Of a stretch of 64,000 bases of DNA, positions 42,839 to 62,095 are shown piece by piece. Under the pieces are notes generated by a model, which ran no database searches, was not told the DNA's origin, and saw only the letters and a list, made by a program, of their open reading frames with translations. This DNA comes from Eledone cirrhosa (Eukaryota), in contig OZ024741.1 in the NCBI GenBank assembly GCA_964016885.1, positions 319,362,001-319,426,000 of the forward strand. The letters run 5' to 3'. Position numbers and translations under genes: made by a program. How positions within the stretch are numbered: the first letter of the stretch is position 1; each line of letters starts with the position of its first letter.

Positions 42839-43593
42839 ACTTTGCTGTATCATATATTGTCCATGCTAGTCTTCACTTTATTCTCTATGTATTTCATACA
42901 ATTTAAAGGCTCTAGAGAAATGGTCACTCCCTCCCACCAAACTTTATATTTTGTAAGCTTCTATCCTGTGGTTCTATTTGTTATTAATCCAACTTTCAAC
43001 CCTTTCTTTACCGCATTTCACATAAAATACACTGTGTTTGAATTAATCAATGAAGAATTTCAAAGGATAAACTTAAATGATTAATTATTCCATTGTTACG
43101 ATAGTATTTGCAACATAATTTAATAAAAAGCCCTTATATCAAATTATCCTGGAAGATTTTAATATAAATAACAATCCTTTATAATGTGCGGTTCTATTAC
43201 ATAGAACCAGAAGCAATTTTGAGCTGGTTGTTACCTAAAGGGTTAAAAGGTCAGATATGTCATCGACTTACCAATATTTTGTAAGTTTATTTGTGTAAGG
43301 GTAAATTTCACCAAACAATCAAGTAACTGGCCAGCTAAGAAAAGAGAGAAATATGAACTTTACACCAACTTCCCCTATTTCACTCTTTCATACTCACCCC
43401 TTCTTTCTCATCTCTCTTTTCTCTTTCTTACTTACTTTCCTTCTTTTTCTTTCTTTCTTTATTTATTTATTACACACGTATCTCTGCTTAGGTTGGTCTG
43501 CAGCTCGGGCGTTGCCATAACATTTGCTAAGATATGCCACACGATAGATCACGTGACTAGGTTCCTTTAACAGGCCTAGAAATAACCTGAACA

Positions 43594-43650
<57 letters not shown>

Positions 43651-43781
43651 ATATTTATTTAGGCTAATACATTGGGTAAAAACAACCCCGCTATAAATTG
43701 AGATTATCCAAGCAATTAAGTAGATATAAACAGATTCCAGAAGGGGATAACATGTAAAGAGAGCAAGCAAGGGACCCCCTC

Positions 43782-43847
<66 letters not shown>

Positions 43848-43849
43848 GA

Positions 43850-46768
<2,919 letters not shown>

Positions 46769-46963
46769 TTCGTTTCTGAATTTGTTTGGCAAGATTCTTT
46801 ATCTGAAATCGTGTGTTGAAACCGATATTGTTATACAACCAACCAGAAATTTATAAATTTATAAACTTGTAAATTTATAAATATATAATAAATTGAAGTG
46901 AAAGCAACTGGTGCGTGTGTTTTTTACATGACCCTCCCAAAGTATAACAACATATATATATAT

Positions 46964-47142
<179 letters not shown>

Positions 47143-47321
47143 TATGAAGGTGCAAATTAATTGCTTCCATAGGCGTTATGCCGAATGAGCACTCGATGCT
47201 CTTGTCAGGTAAGCAATATACTGTACTGATGAAGGGTAATCAACCAGAAACATTAGTGTCTGCAGTTCTGTTTATATGCCAACACAAGAGCAAGAATGAC
47301 GGAGTCATTTTACTGACATGG

Positions 47322-47770
47322 CTTTAAAGAGGCTGTTTGCATAATTGCAAACAAATCGATTATTATTATTAATATTAAAAAAACTCAGATTACATTTATT
47401 GTATTCAGCCATGTAGAGCGATAAACTATTTATTAGTTATTTGAATATGACAAAGCCGGCCATTAATCGCTCGTATACATGAAACTGACTGGCCTATCTG
47501 CTGATATGCAAATCTGGCTGATCAGTGGGTCTGCTAATATGCAGATCTGACTGATCAGGCATTCTGCTAATATGCAATTCAGGCCGATCAGTCACTGTAT
47601 ATTTTAGAAAATATAATATTTTCACTAGTTCTGGCAGTTGGCAGGTAAGCAGCATACTGTACTTTAAAGAGGCTGTTTGCATAATTGCAAACGAATCGAA
47701 TATTATTTTTAATATTCGAAAAACTCAGATTACATTTATTGTATTCAGCCATGTAGAGCGATAAGCTATA
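47322..47770. repeat. About 105-bp direct duplication around a ~33-bp minisatellite; partial inverted copy at 48415-48462
   Basis: tttaaagaggctgtttgcataattgc...gtagagcgataa occurs twice. Confidence 0.8.
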
Positions 47771-48006
47771 TATTCGAAGTTCAATCAGCAGCTAAGCCAA
47801 CGAATGCCTTCAGCAGTGGAGCCAAGCTCTCGACAAGGAATAAACCTCAGAGTAATAACATACAGTTTAAAGGGCTTTGCAAATTGAAAATAGCGACCGC
47901 TAATTCAGCCGCGTGATCTGTAGCAACGAAAGAACTGACTAGTGAGAAATAGAAATACACACACACACACACATATACACACACATATATATATACATAT
48001 AAAAAT

Positions 48007-48039
<33 letters not shown>

Positions 48040-48184
48040 TATATTATATATATATATATATATAAATACATACGTATAAATACATATATACTCCAGGTAG
48101 AAGGAGCAACGTAAAATAAAATGTCTTGGATATAACTCACAACCTCACGATTGCGAATCCAATTATCTTACCACTCAGCCTTCT

Positions 48185-48217
<33 letters not shown>

Positions 48218-48219
<2 letters not shown>

Positions 48220-48402
48220 GTTTCTACTTTTGACACAAGGCCACAAATTACCCAGTACATTACTGGTACTTTATTTTATCGACCCCGTAAGGATGAAAGG
48301 CAAAGTTAACCTCGACTGGATGTGAACTCAGACTGTAAAGGGACGTAACTATGCTGGAAAGCATGGCGTCGAACCCTCTACCGATACTGCCAATTCACCG
48401 CA
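48218..48402 (-). mobile_element. SINE family 1
   Basis: Shared head and core. Confidence 0.88.
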
Positions 48403-48463
48403 ATAACTAACAAATAGTTTATCGCTCTACATGGCTGAATACAATAAATGTAATCTGAGGTTT

Positions 48464-48532
<69 letters not shown>

Positions 48533-48766
48533 TAATCTATCTACCAAACTATCTATATCTCCTTCATTTGTGGCAAATAAAAGAAACATATCTATATCTC
48601 CTTCATTTGTGGCGCCTCCCCCCTATTGGGGATTTCGATTGTTGTAATTGTTTGTTTTTATATTTTTACACGACTGTATGTAAAATCCCCGGCATGTCTT
48701 TGTATTGTCTCCTTTTCTTGTGCGCCCTTGTGGCTAATAAAGAATATATCTATATCTCTTTCTCAG

Positions 48767-48822
<56 letters not shown>

Positions 48823-49044
48823 GGCATGTTTGTATGTATGTATGCATGTATGTACGTATGAATGTATTTATAAATATACATAATTCAGACATAGGCCCAG
48901 TCTTCGGCTTTCTGTTTATTTTGTTAGGAAGAGAGGAGCGTTTATTATTCGGATGCCTGTTCATGATTGGATACGAAGGAATATATAGTAAGCTGATGGC
49001 GCAACATAAATTATAATGCACCCACGAAATTTACACACTTCCTA

Positions 49045-49225
49045 ATTGGCAGTATCGGTAGAGGGTCGGACGCCATGCTTTGACGCATAGAGTTACGGCC
49101 CTTGCCATTCTGAGTTCAAATCCCGCCGAGGTTAACTTCGCCTTTCATCCTTACGGGGTCGATAAAATAAAGTACCAGTAATGCACTGGTTAATTGCTGG
49201 CCTTGTGCCAAAAGTAGAAACAATT
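49045..49225 (+). mobile_element. SINE family 1, best-preserved copy
   Basis: A-box-like tggcagtatcggt, B-box gagttcaaatcc, core gcctttcatccttacggggtcgataaaataaagtaccag. Confidence 0.9.
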
Positions 49226-49670
49226 ATATTTATATGTATAAACGTAAATTAAGGATGGTGGATTGGAAGATGTTGATAAAGCGTCGGATAATATAATATG
49301 GTATTTGAATACATATGAAAATGAGAAAACTCATCTCTAGAACAACTGTTAAAACAGCTAAATGCTACAAAGACAGCACACACATATATACACGTACACA
49401 CACACACACACACACATATATATGCACCTGTGTATATGCGTATGTGTGCGTGTTTGTGGTTACGACTACACCGATTAGCAACTGGTGCTGTTCGTTTATG
49501 TCCTGTAACTTGGCAGATCTACAAATAGACATCAATGAATTATATACCAGAATATCGATAATTGCACACACGCACGCACACACATACATACACGCATGTC
49601 CGCACCCATGCACAGACACACACACACACACACACATCATACACACAAACGCACTCACGTATGCACACAC

Positions 49671-49751
<81 letters not shown>

Positions 49752-50844
49752 TACATGTCTTCTGCGTCATTTACACTAGTTAAGTGCCAGGGATATGGGG
49801 GCCGCCATGACGTCTTAACACTATAACAATGTAACTGAATAATGGTATAGCGGAATAGCAGTATATCAGATTAACGGTGTAATGGTTGCGTTGTTGTCGG
49901 ACGTTTTCTTACGTAAAACTTAACTTATTTTCCTTCAATGAACAGCTGAGAATAGCTTATTTCTCAATCTTATCATACTCTCTCTCTCTCTGTTCCTCTC
50001 TCTTAATTTCTCACTCTCTCTATCTCTGTTCCTCTCTCTGTTCTTCTCTCTCCCTCTCTCTCTCCTACTTTCCTCGCTCTCTCTCTATCTCCTCTCTCTC
50101 TTCTCTTCTGTCTCTCTTGCTTTCTCTGTTTCTCCTTCTTTCTCTTACACCTCTCTCTCTCTCTTCCCCCTACTCCCGCTCTCTCTGTCTCTTCACCTCA
50201 GTCTCTCTCTTCTTCCCCCTCTCTCCCCTCTCTCTCACACTTCACCCCAGTCTCTCTCTTCTCCCCCCTCTCTCTCTTCCTTTTCACTCTGTTCTTTGTC
50301 TCCCTCCCTCTCTTTCTCACACACATACAGACACAGAAAGACAGACACACACACACAACCTCACTTACTCTTCCTATCACACAAATACACACATTATCCC
50401 TCTCAATGAAAGACACAAACACACACTCACACATACACACACACACTAACACATATACACACACACACACTCACGTATACATACACACACTCACACTCGC
50501 GCATACACACATACTCACGCATACACACACACAACCACGCATACACACACACAGAGCCAACGCATACACACAAAGAGTCACGCATACACACACACAGTCA
50601 CGCATGCACACACACTCACGCATACACACACGCATACACACACAGTCACGCATACACACACACAGTCACGCATACGCACACACTCACACATACACACACA
50701 CATACGCACACACTCACACCTTCTCACACATACACACACTTTCACACACGTACACACACATAAACTCTTTCCTGTTGTGTTTCTCTGAATGACGTATTAT
50801 TTTCCTTAGATCCTGTTAACCTGTACCTGATAATCTACACACCT

Positions 50845-51171
50845 GTATGTGTGGATATATATATATACATGCATGTATGTATGTATGTATGTATTTATGT
50901 ATGTATGTATGTATGTATGTATGTATGTATATATGTATGTATGTATGTATGTGTGTGTGTATGTATGTATGTATATATGTATGTGTATGTGTGTGTGTAT
51001 GTATGTATGTATGTGTATGTGTGTGTGTATGTATGTATGTATGTATGTATGTATGTATGTATGTATGTATGTGTGTGTATGTATGTATGTATGTATGTAT
51101 GTATGTGTGTATGTGTGTGTGTATGTATGTATGTATGTATGTATGTATGTATGTATGTATGTATGTATGTA

Positions 51172-51224
<53 letters not shown>

Positions 51225-51535
51225 ATGTATGTATGTATGTATGTATGTGTGTGTGTATGTATGTATGTATGTATGTTTGTATGTATGTATGTATGTATGT
51301 ATGTATATATGTATGTATATATGTATGTATATATGTATGTGTGTATGTGTGTGTGTATTATTGTATGTATGTGTGTATGTATGTATTATGTATGTATGCA
51401 TGCATGTATGTATGTATGTATATATGCATGTATGTATGCATGTGTGTATGTATGTATGTATGTATGTATGCATGCATGCATGTATGTATGTATGTATGTA
51501 TGCATGTATGTATGTATGCATGTATGTATGTATGT
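50845..51535. repeat. (TATG)n/(TG)n microsatellite
   Basis: Direct observation. Confidence 0.97.
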
Positions 51536-51810
51536 CAGGTCACCAGTTGGTGCTACTGGTAACATGTATCCCAGTACAACCTGTCTCATGGTCGGGTCGT
51601 TGGCGACTAAACTGGCAACCCCACCAAGGTTTCTTGGTGAGGAGGGTGACTTTGGACATCCTGCAGGACTAAAAACAAAACCTGTCAAAGGGCAAAGGAG
51701 CTCTTAAGAGTCAATGGCCATCCAAAACCACCGGGAGAGATGACCCCTTAGCCTTTGTCAAGGCAGAATTCTAGAAGGAGGAAAACTCTGATATAACACC
51801 TGCAACCCTG
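51536..51810 (+). mobile_element. Dispersed repeat, probable LINE 5' UTR
   Basis: Internally deleted inverted homolog at 63475-63570. Confidence 0.5.
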
Positions 51811-52329
51811 ATGGTATCCAATGATGTTGACTTGTTCTTCTTTTTGGTAAATATCATCTTGGTTAAGAGAGTGGGACTGGCTTTGTGCAGTGCCTTTGCT
51901 CACTATAAAAGCTTCACGGCACAGGCATTGCTTTATATCTGGAGATCTCTCTGCACTTGTCGTCACAGGGTACCATGGGCCCAGCACTATGTGTCAATAA
52001 TTGTCACAAGTGTAGTGTTTGTACCAGAGTTTTCAAGTCGCTGGCTGGACTAAAAAGTCACACTCGTTCAGCGCATCGGTAGGGGTTCTCCTACATGGAT
52101 ATAAAGTAGTGGCCGTACTCGAAAACGAGTTGGCAGCCACCATGTATGTATGTATGTATGTATGTATGTATGTATGTATGTATGTATGTATGTATGTATG
52201 TATGTATGTATGTATGTATGTATGCATGCATGTATGCATGTATGTATGTATGTATGTATGCATGTACGTATGTATGTATGTATGTATGTATGTATGTATG
52301 TATGTATGTATGTATGTATGTATGTATGT

Positions 52330-55300
52330 TCTTCTGGTTTTATAATTTCACAAAGTTTTACCAATAGAGAGAGAGTCGGTTTCTAACATAGACACAAGAC
52401 TCTCATTGGAATTTACACAACATCAACTAGGTAGATATGTATGCATGCATGCATGCATGTGTAGATATGGATGTTATTGTATGTGTGGATGTGTATATTT
52501 TGAGTTGTGTGTGTGCATGTGTATATGCTTTGTATCTGTACATGTGTATATGCAGTTATTAGATGCAACATTTTTGGAATGTTTTACATATTTTTACTGT
52601 TCCATTAATGGATTGTACTTGTAATTACCTAACTAGTTGTGTTCTTTCTGTTCCTGTGAAGCCTAGCTTCTCAAGATTTGTATGTATGTATGTATGTATG
52701 TATGTATGTATGTATGTATGTATGTATGTATGTATGTATGTATGTATGTATGTATGTATGTATTTACGTATGTACGTATGTATATATGTATGCGTGTGTG
52801 TGTGTGTGTATGTATGTATGTACATATGTACATATGTATATATGTATGCGTGTGTGTGTATGTATGTATGTATTTATGTATGTATATATGTTATCTCTTT
52901 CTCTTAATTTCGAGTATATTTTTTTTGACCGGCCACCTTCCTGGTGGCAAGGTTGTAAATGAAAAGAAATTGTCATCCCTTGAATCGCAGAATGTTTTGT
53001 AAATTTTGAAGGTACCAGATATCACGACACAGGCATTGCTTTATATCTGGAGATCTCGCTGCACTTTTCGTCACATGGTACCATGGGCCCAGCACTATGT
53101 GTCAATAATTGTCACAAGTGTAGTGTTTGTACCAGAGTTTTCAAGTCGCTGGCTGGACTAAAAATCACACTCGTTCAGCGCATCGGTAGGGGTTCTCCTA
53201 CATGGATATAATGTAGTGGCCGTACTCGAAAATGAGTTGGCAGCCACCATGTATGTATGTATGTTTGTATGTAGGTTTCTCTTTCTCTTAATTTCGAGTA
53301 CATTTTTGACCGGCCACCTTCCCGGTGGCAAGGTTGTAAAAGAATAGAAATTGTCATCCCTTGAATCGCAAGAATGTTTTGTAAATTTTGAAGGTACCAG
53401 ATATCACAGCCATTTGTAGTCTATGAATTAGGAAGTTGCACTCTTCGTCCACAAATCCAAGTTCAGTTATACTGTGGTCCAAGTGGGTTGGTATATAACC
53501 TGTAGCTCCAATAACGATGGGTATGAAGCTGAAGGTGTATCTTGGATACTGGATCTGCAAACTCCTCACCAATGGTCCATAGATGTCCTCCTTCTCTTGT
53601 ATTTTTCTTACAACGTTTACATCAAGTGGGCAGTTGATCTCTACAACAGAGCACGTTTTCAATGTGTGGTCCCAGACACCAATATCAGGCCGGTCGTGCT
53701 TTAAATTGGTGGCAGTTTTATATTTTCAGGTTCCTCCAGTATTCTTTAGTGCTATCTATCTCAACATATAGATCCTCCTCATTTGTTTTTAATTTTGTTT
53801 TCCTAAGTGCATTCCAGATGGTTCTAGCTATCACATCGTGTCTAATAAGGAAGTAGTAGCGAGACGACATTCTTTCGCAGTTGGCAACAATGTGTCTTAC
53901 ATCTTCGATTTTTGTTTTACATTTATTGTCGACTGATGGCCCTCCTCTTTTTTGTAGCAGATATTTGGTAGGGAGTTCTTATTCCTGTATTGCATAGAGA
54001 TATCCTTCAAGGTGGGGTGTCATAAACTTGTCGGAACTCCATGCCAGGCTTTCTGAATGATTTATTCCCTCTATGGTCCGTGTTTTTTGTCTCACGTACC
54101 TATGCACAATTTTCTCTGTAAATTGGTCTATTTTAAAAAATCTTGTTCGAACATTGAACAGGATCGTCCAGCTTCCCTGGAAGAGAGATTTATATCAGGC
54201 CTTATTCCATATCTCTCCTCCATATCAGTGGTTACCAAGAGCCTTGTTTCAGCGTCTATGTTTTATTTTTTGTTTATTTGATATAATAAATTCTTTTTAA
54301 GCTTATTTTTTTTTATATCTGAACTTCATTTGAATATATAAAATTTAATTAGCGTAAAATGTTACTTATGTGATTGGGTCCTGGAAAGGCACCATAAACA
54401 ACACTAACATGTTCCTTTAAAAATCAACAAATGTTGGTTTGTCCCCCTCACACTTTTGAGGCAAACAAGCCACTGGTGGCTATCCTAATGATATTTCCTT
54501 CATGCTCATAAACCTGGGCAAGATAGTTGCTGACCTTTTTTCGTCTGTTGAAGATGTTGCTTCAGTGTTACTATCCGGGTCTCGTATGATGTTAAGGAGA
54601 GAGAATCGGTTTGTAGCATAGAAACAAACTAGTTCATTGGAATTAAAACAAAATCAACTAGGTAAATATATATGTCTAGATGTGTGTATGTCTAGGTGTG
54701 TGTGTGTGTGTGTATGTCTAGGTGTGTGTGTGTGTGTGCACGAATATTATTGTATGTATGCATCTCTATGTTTTGAGTTATATACACCTGCATATGTTTC
54801 TGTATCTATACACGTATATGCAGTTATTACATGTTGAATTTCTAAAATGTTTTACATACTTTTACATTTTCATTAATGGATTGTACTTACAACTTCCTAA
54901 CTAGCCTTGCCATTAGTGGTTCTGTGAAGCCCAGCTTCTCAAGATTTGTACTGAGGCACTTAGTATCATATCCCAGCGCCCCAATAATCACAGGTACAAA
55001 TCTAAAGGTATAGTCAGGTTGGAGTATCTACAAGTTCCTCATTAGTTCAGCAAAATTGTTTTCCTTTTCGCTAATTTTTCACATTACACTGACATCTGTT
55101 GGGTAGCTGATTTCCACTACTGTGCATATCTTCTTTTCTCTGTTCCATATCACAATGTCTGATCTGTTATGTTTGCATTTTGTTGGCGTTATGACTGGAA
55201 CATTCCACCAATATTCTTTCATATTATGTGTGCATGTCTTTTACATCACTGTAACTTTCTATGTGTTTATTCTCAGAGTTATTCATTCTACGGATCGCAT

Positions 55301-55610
55301 TGTACAGTGTTATGACCACTACATCATTCCTCATAGGTAGATAGTATCGTGGTGATATATTTCGACAACTGCTTTTAATGAGAGGGACATCATCGATGTT
55401 TATTCCACAGAGTTTGCATCTGTTGTCACATCTAGGCGTTTTGCCCACATCCCTATCTCTTTTCTGCATCAGGTATTTTGTTGTTATTTCCTGTTCTTGG
55501 ATTGCAAAAGCATATCCTTCTAAGTGAGAGCCAATATACCAGTTATTGGTCCAAGACACATTACTTTACCTATCTATATTACTCTCTTTTTGAAGCTTTC
55601 TCGTTAGAGC
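52330..55610 (-). mobile_element. Cluster of R4/Dong-type (RLE) LINE 3' fragments (52330-52680, 52890-53025, 53275-54250, 54600-55610)
   Basis: HLEGYAFAIQEQEITTKY, CCHC-type CKLC..SSC, HNRSDIVIW..VVEISYP, FIPIVIGATG; ends abut (TACA)n. Confidence 0.82.
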
Positions 55611-56623
55611 TGTTCTGCTGGAGAATGGGATAGCCATACGGTCACCAGATAGGTTGGTTAGTTGCGATAAAAGTGGGTTCCTGCCGGACGAGTAAGTAAC
55701 CTCGGATAACGCAGCGGTATGCTACTATGAGAGATGTAGCAAGGGTGACACTCTTAACTCTCAAGAAAACACTCACAACCCAGTGATGTAGTTACAAGGC
55801 GAAAAAAGCAACCTTTAAAAAAGCCTAATCTTCCCAGGTCCGAGAAAATTGCCAAAAAGCAATCATATCACGTTTTTTTTTAATTTATATTTTCTTATTT
55901 TACATTCCATTCTTAAAATTTCACTAAAACGTAATTTGCTTATGATGTAAAAGTTTATAGAGAATTAGTATTTATTTAAAGAGAGCTTCACTATTTGAAA
56001 ATATTTCTATTATGACGCAATAATGGCCACATTCTCTTCCGTAGATCATCACACCGTCTGAGTACAACATAGTAACCCAGAGTTCCTTACGTAATTTATT
56101 TATTTTGATGACATCACTACTGCTCTCATTTTTTATTGTTGTTTGTTGTTTGTTGATTTACAAACTTTACCGTTCTACTTTGTCCCAAATAACACCATTT
56201 TCCCGCTTTTCAATCTGTTATTTTGTTTGTGACGCCATCAATTAGTCGTCACGCTGTTTGTAACTTTTTGTTACGTCACGTGATGTTTTCATTGTATCAT
56301 AGAATCTGAATCTTACATAACATAAGTCTCTTGTCAACAAATATATTGAATATCAACAGTAGCAAAAATAATAGCAGCAAAGCAACAACAACAACGACAA
56401 CGACGACGACAACGACAACGACGACAACGATGACAACAACAACAATAACAACAACAACAGCAACAACAACAACAACGCCATCAGTAAAAATAACAACAAA
56501 AGCAATATGAACAACAGCAAACTATTCGATGACAATAACATCAACATCAACAGTAACGATATAATCTAGAATGTTTGTTACACACATACACATACACACA
56601 CACACATACATATACGCACACAC

Positions 56624-56655
<32 letters not shown>

Positions 56656-57236
56656 TTATATATATATATTCTGAGTTAAGGCTCTATTGATTTTTCCCTG
56701 GATTTCACAATTCTATGGATAAATCTATGTCTTGATTTTTTTTTTAAATTGAGTTTGAATTATTTTTCCATTTTGACGTTATAGTCACTTATATATTATG
56801 AAATACTGTTGGTTTCACGCTCACAACAATTTCTATACTTATATATAAATATATAAATATATAAATATATAAATATAAATATAAATATAAATATGGCAGA
56901 AGCAGTAAAGCCAACGCAATTTAACGATTCACCTTTCTACAAACTTCTCTATGCAAGTTAAATCTCGCTGGAGAAAAACATGCTACGAAGCACATGATGT
57001 CGAATCGTTTGTAGGAATGATTCACCCATAATATATATATATATATATACAGATAAATCTACCACTCAATGGTAGGGTCTAAACCGTATAAAGAACTCAA
57101 TGTAATCCGTATGTAGATGTCGTGAAGCAAAGTTTAAAATAAAATTTTTTTTATCAACGATATAATTCAATTGGATACAGAGTCAAAATAGAAATATTAA
57201 AACAATGAAATTATATATTAAAACTATATATATATA

Positions 57237-59231
<1,995 letters not shown>

Positions 59232-59322
59232 CGAAGGAAATGTGGTAAGGAACCAGGTGGACCATAACGCACCAAAGTACTCAATACTTGAGGTAGTAGA
59301 GTGGGTAATAGGAACCAGTAAG

Positions 59323-59416
59323 ACCCCGACAGCTGAGCTCAAGCCGTTTCGACGGCTAATTCTGGACTAAATGAACATTTATCCTGGTATTTAAATAGCC
59401 GATCTTCTCAAGGGGT
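59323..59416 (-). ncRNA. Hammerhead ribozyme, U3-A8 variant, sense to the PLE ORF (family A master)
   Basis: Reverse complement of 62723-62816. Confidence 0.88.
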
Positions 59417-60514
59417 AATTCCATATATGGTCAAAGTGATTGTCAAAAATCAGTAGTAATTCTGTGGTTGCAGATTAGTAGGGGAGATGGTGGCTAAACC
59501 TGCCAGTAGGAGAAAGAGGGGAGGGGGTGGAGTAGACCCAATCAAGCGTTGGTAGTGCCAGCTACAGCTGGGCATGAGGTCAAAGAAGATACAGGGGAGG
59601 GGGAGGGGGAGGAAGTCGGAACGGTAGGTAGAACAATGGGGGGTAAAAATAGGAAAGAAAAAATACTGAGAGTGAAGAAAAGCAAATAAGTGTAAAGAAA
59701 AAATTAAATTCTACGACCTAGGTGTCAGGCTATTGTTAGGCGAGAATAAAATAAAGAAAGAAAGAAAGAAGTAAATAAATAAATAAATAAATAAATAAGG
59801 AAATAAGTAAAAGAACTAGGTGGGACGAATTAGGCGAGGACCCTTTTAAGAGGTATAAGTACGTAAATGATACGGTGACTGGTCAACAAAAGGGGCCAAA
59901 ATACTAAAGAGACTACCACGAAATAAACAATAAAGGTTTCCATCCCGGGCCAGCAACGACCCAGTGCAGCAAAGTGAACTTGTACGACATAATAATTCTG
60001 AGTCCCGGGAAAAATATATACTAATGCTAACTCTAAAAGATCTAAAACAAGCTACAAGAAAGTTCGTACGAAATAAAGGTAGAATACGGAGAAATAAGTT
60101 CAGAATCCACCCCGCCCAAAAGAAAAGCGAAGCAAGAAATACTGAAACGAAAAAATAAGGCATAAGTGCCACTAAGAAATATAGAGGGCACAGAGAATAG
60201 TGGGAGCGGTCGGAAAAGGGGGGCAAGTATCCGGGGTCTAAGCCAACTGCTATAAAGGGCGGAGTCCGCCAAATCTATCAAAGACTAGGGGAGGGGGGAG
60301 TGGGGGTACTAAGGCTACATGGGGCCAAAGGGCATCCTCGGGTGGGCGAGAAAAGACGCCGACAAAGGAGAAGAGCTGGGGTAGAAGGACAAAGGAGAGA
60401 GGGGGGAAGGAAATAAAGGATGCGATAAAAGAATACAAAGAAGATCTTACGTCTTCCTTGGCAAGCAGGGGTTACCCATTGCAAAATCGGCAACTGGGGT
60501 GTTATAGCCCTAGT

Positions 60515-62095
60515 CTACCCCCCCGGGTCATTATGGGGTTTGAGGGCGAGGTAAGTCCTACGCAATCTATGTTTACATGCAGTAACCAGTTCATCTTTCT
60601 TGTTTAGGAGTTGGTCCGTCGAAAACAGCATTTGTAAAGTTTCCTCCGAGCATAAATTGCACGGACGGCGTCCTCCCGTGTAAGAATTGGCTCTGGACAG
60701 TAATCTCCAAGTGAGATCATAGGTAATGTTGTTGTCCTTGAGGTCCCATATGTGGCCCGAAAGTGTAGTGGCGTGACGCCGGGCCGGGTTTCGGAAGGTA
60801 TGTCTATGTTGGTATAGCCGGGTCTTGAAGTCACATGCGGTAAGTCCTATATAGGCTTTGTTGGAGGTATCCGTCCTCACGTTGCACTGGTAGATCACAT
60901 TACGGTCTCTGCATCTATTGTCGAGTGGGCAAATAGATCTATCCGGGCAGTTACACCTCCTGGTCGGTTCTCCACTGCTATTTAGGTTATTTCTGCCATC
61001 GGGGTTGAGTTTTTTGTTGTTAGAGGAGACGATGTTTTGTGCGAAGTTTGGTGTAGTGCTGTAAGAGAGTTTGATGGTATTTTTGTTAATTATGTTGTGG
61101 TAGCGGTGTTGTAATGGGAAGTGTTTTTCAATGAGCCTAAAGAATAGTTTCCCGATGGGAGTAGTCACCTCTGCGTTGTGGGGAGGATTGAACCATGTTA
61201 CATTGCGTGAGCGGCGGTGTCTCCTGCTGGTTCCGCTAATGGGATCTGGACAGTAGGATATTTCCTCCCGGAAACCACTCCGCTTGAGGGCCTGGTTGTA
61301 ATAAGGCGCATGTTCATCGAATATCCGCTCATTAGCTGACAAACGGGATATGCGGAGGGAGATGTTTTTGACCAGGTTGTTTGTGATGTTCCTAGGATGG
61401 TTTGATCGGCGGTGGATGTAGTGCAGATTGTCATTAGGTTTCCTGTATGGGTAGTACAGGTCGTTTTCGAGGTCGAGGGTTACGTCCAGGAAGTTTACTC
61501 GGGTCAGGGACGTTTGTAGGGTTATTTTAAATCCCCAGTCGCGGAAGAATCTGATTAATTGTTTCCGGACCCGATCTGTACTACTGGGGTTGTACCCTTT
61601 AAGGGTAAGGAGCCCATCATCACGGTACAATCCACCACCGAATGCAGGAAACATATCAGTGAGTTTGGCTATTAGGAATAATCCTATAAGATCAGTGACC
61701 TCCGCCGAATCCGTGGCGCCCATGCTGACGTCGAAGGGTGAGTCGGGAGCTCTTTTTATCCATTTAGAGTCGTCAAAGAGTAAGACTGTCTTCCTGGCGT
61801 GGAGGATGATTTTTCTTTCCTGGTCGGTGATGGGCACAAGTGTTTCGGCGAAGTCCAAGGCGGCAGTAAGTAGCGGTAAGGTGATTGAAGCATAGTAGCT
61901 CTCTATGTCGAACTGTATGAATTTAGTTTCTCGTTTATCCTCCATATTGCTGAACCAGGAGATTACTTCCTGGGTGTTGATCCATAGGCTAAGTCGGGTG
62001 TCTTGCTTGACTTTTGGTATCACGCGGTCTAGGATTTTTTTGCTGATTCTCCCTATGTCGGACTTCGTTGGGTTAATAAGCCTGATGGAGGGTTT
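60515..62095 (-). CDS. PLE reverse transcriptase + GIY-YIG endonuclease, open frame, 5'-truncated (no native start)
   Basis: IRLINPTKSDIGRISK, FIQFDIESYY, MGATDSAEVTDLIG, GLYRDDGL, NFLDVTL, CNCPDRSICPLDNRC, VIYQC..YIGLT..FKTRLYQH, CNLCSEE, LLNKK. Confidence 0.93.
   Translation of the reverse strand, partial: KPSIRLINPTKSDIGRISKKILDRVIPKVKQDTRLSLWINTQEVISWFSNMEDKRETKFIQFDIESYYASITLPLLTAALDFAETLVPITDQERKIILHARKTVLLFDDSKWIKRAPDSPFDVSMGATDSAEVTDLIGLFLIAKLTDMFPAFGGGLYRDDGLLTLKGYNPSSTDRVRKQLIRFFRDWGFKITLQTSLTRVNFLDVTLDLENDLYYPYRKPNDNLHYIHRRSNHPRNITNNLVKNISLRISRLSANERIFDEHAPYYNQALKRSGFREEISYCPDPISGTSRRHRRSRNVTWFNPPHNAEVTTPIGKLFFRLIEKHFPLQHRYHNIINKNTIKLSYSTTPNFAQNIVSSNNKKLNPDGRNNLNSSGEPTRRCNCPDRSICPLDNRCRDRNVIYQCNVRTDTSNKAYIGLTACDFKTRLYQHRHTFRNPARRHATTLSGHIWDLKDNNITYDLTWRLLSRANSYTGGRRPCNLCSEETLQMLFSTDQLLNKKDELVTACKHRLRRTYLALKPHNDPGG

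Noticed and set aside
47223-47258. CTGATGA AGGGT..ACCA GAAA CATTA hammerhead-like string
   Set aside because: Core words are present but stem I does not pair and stem II is weak; at most a decayed copy.
51538-51670. Possible HDV-like ribozyme (GGTCACC...GGTGACT pairing)
   Set aside because: Could not place P3/L3, P1.1 or the J4/2 catalytic C in the required order.
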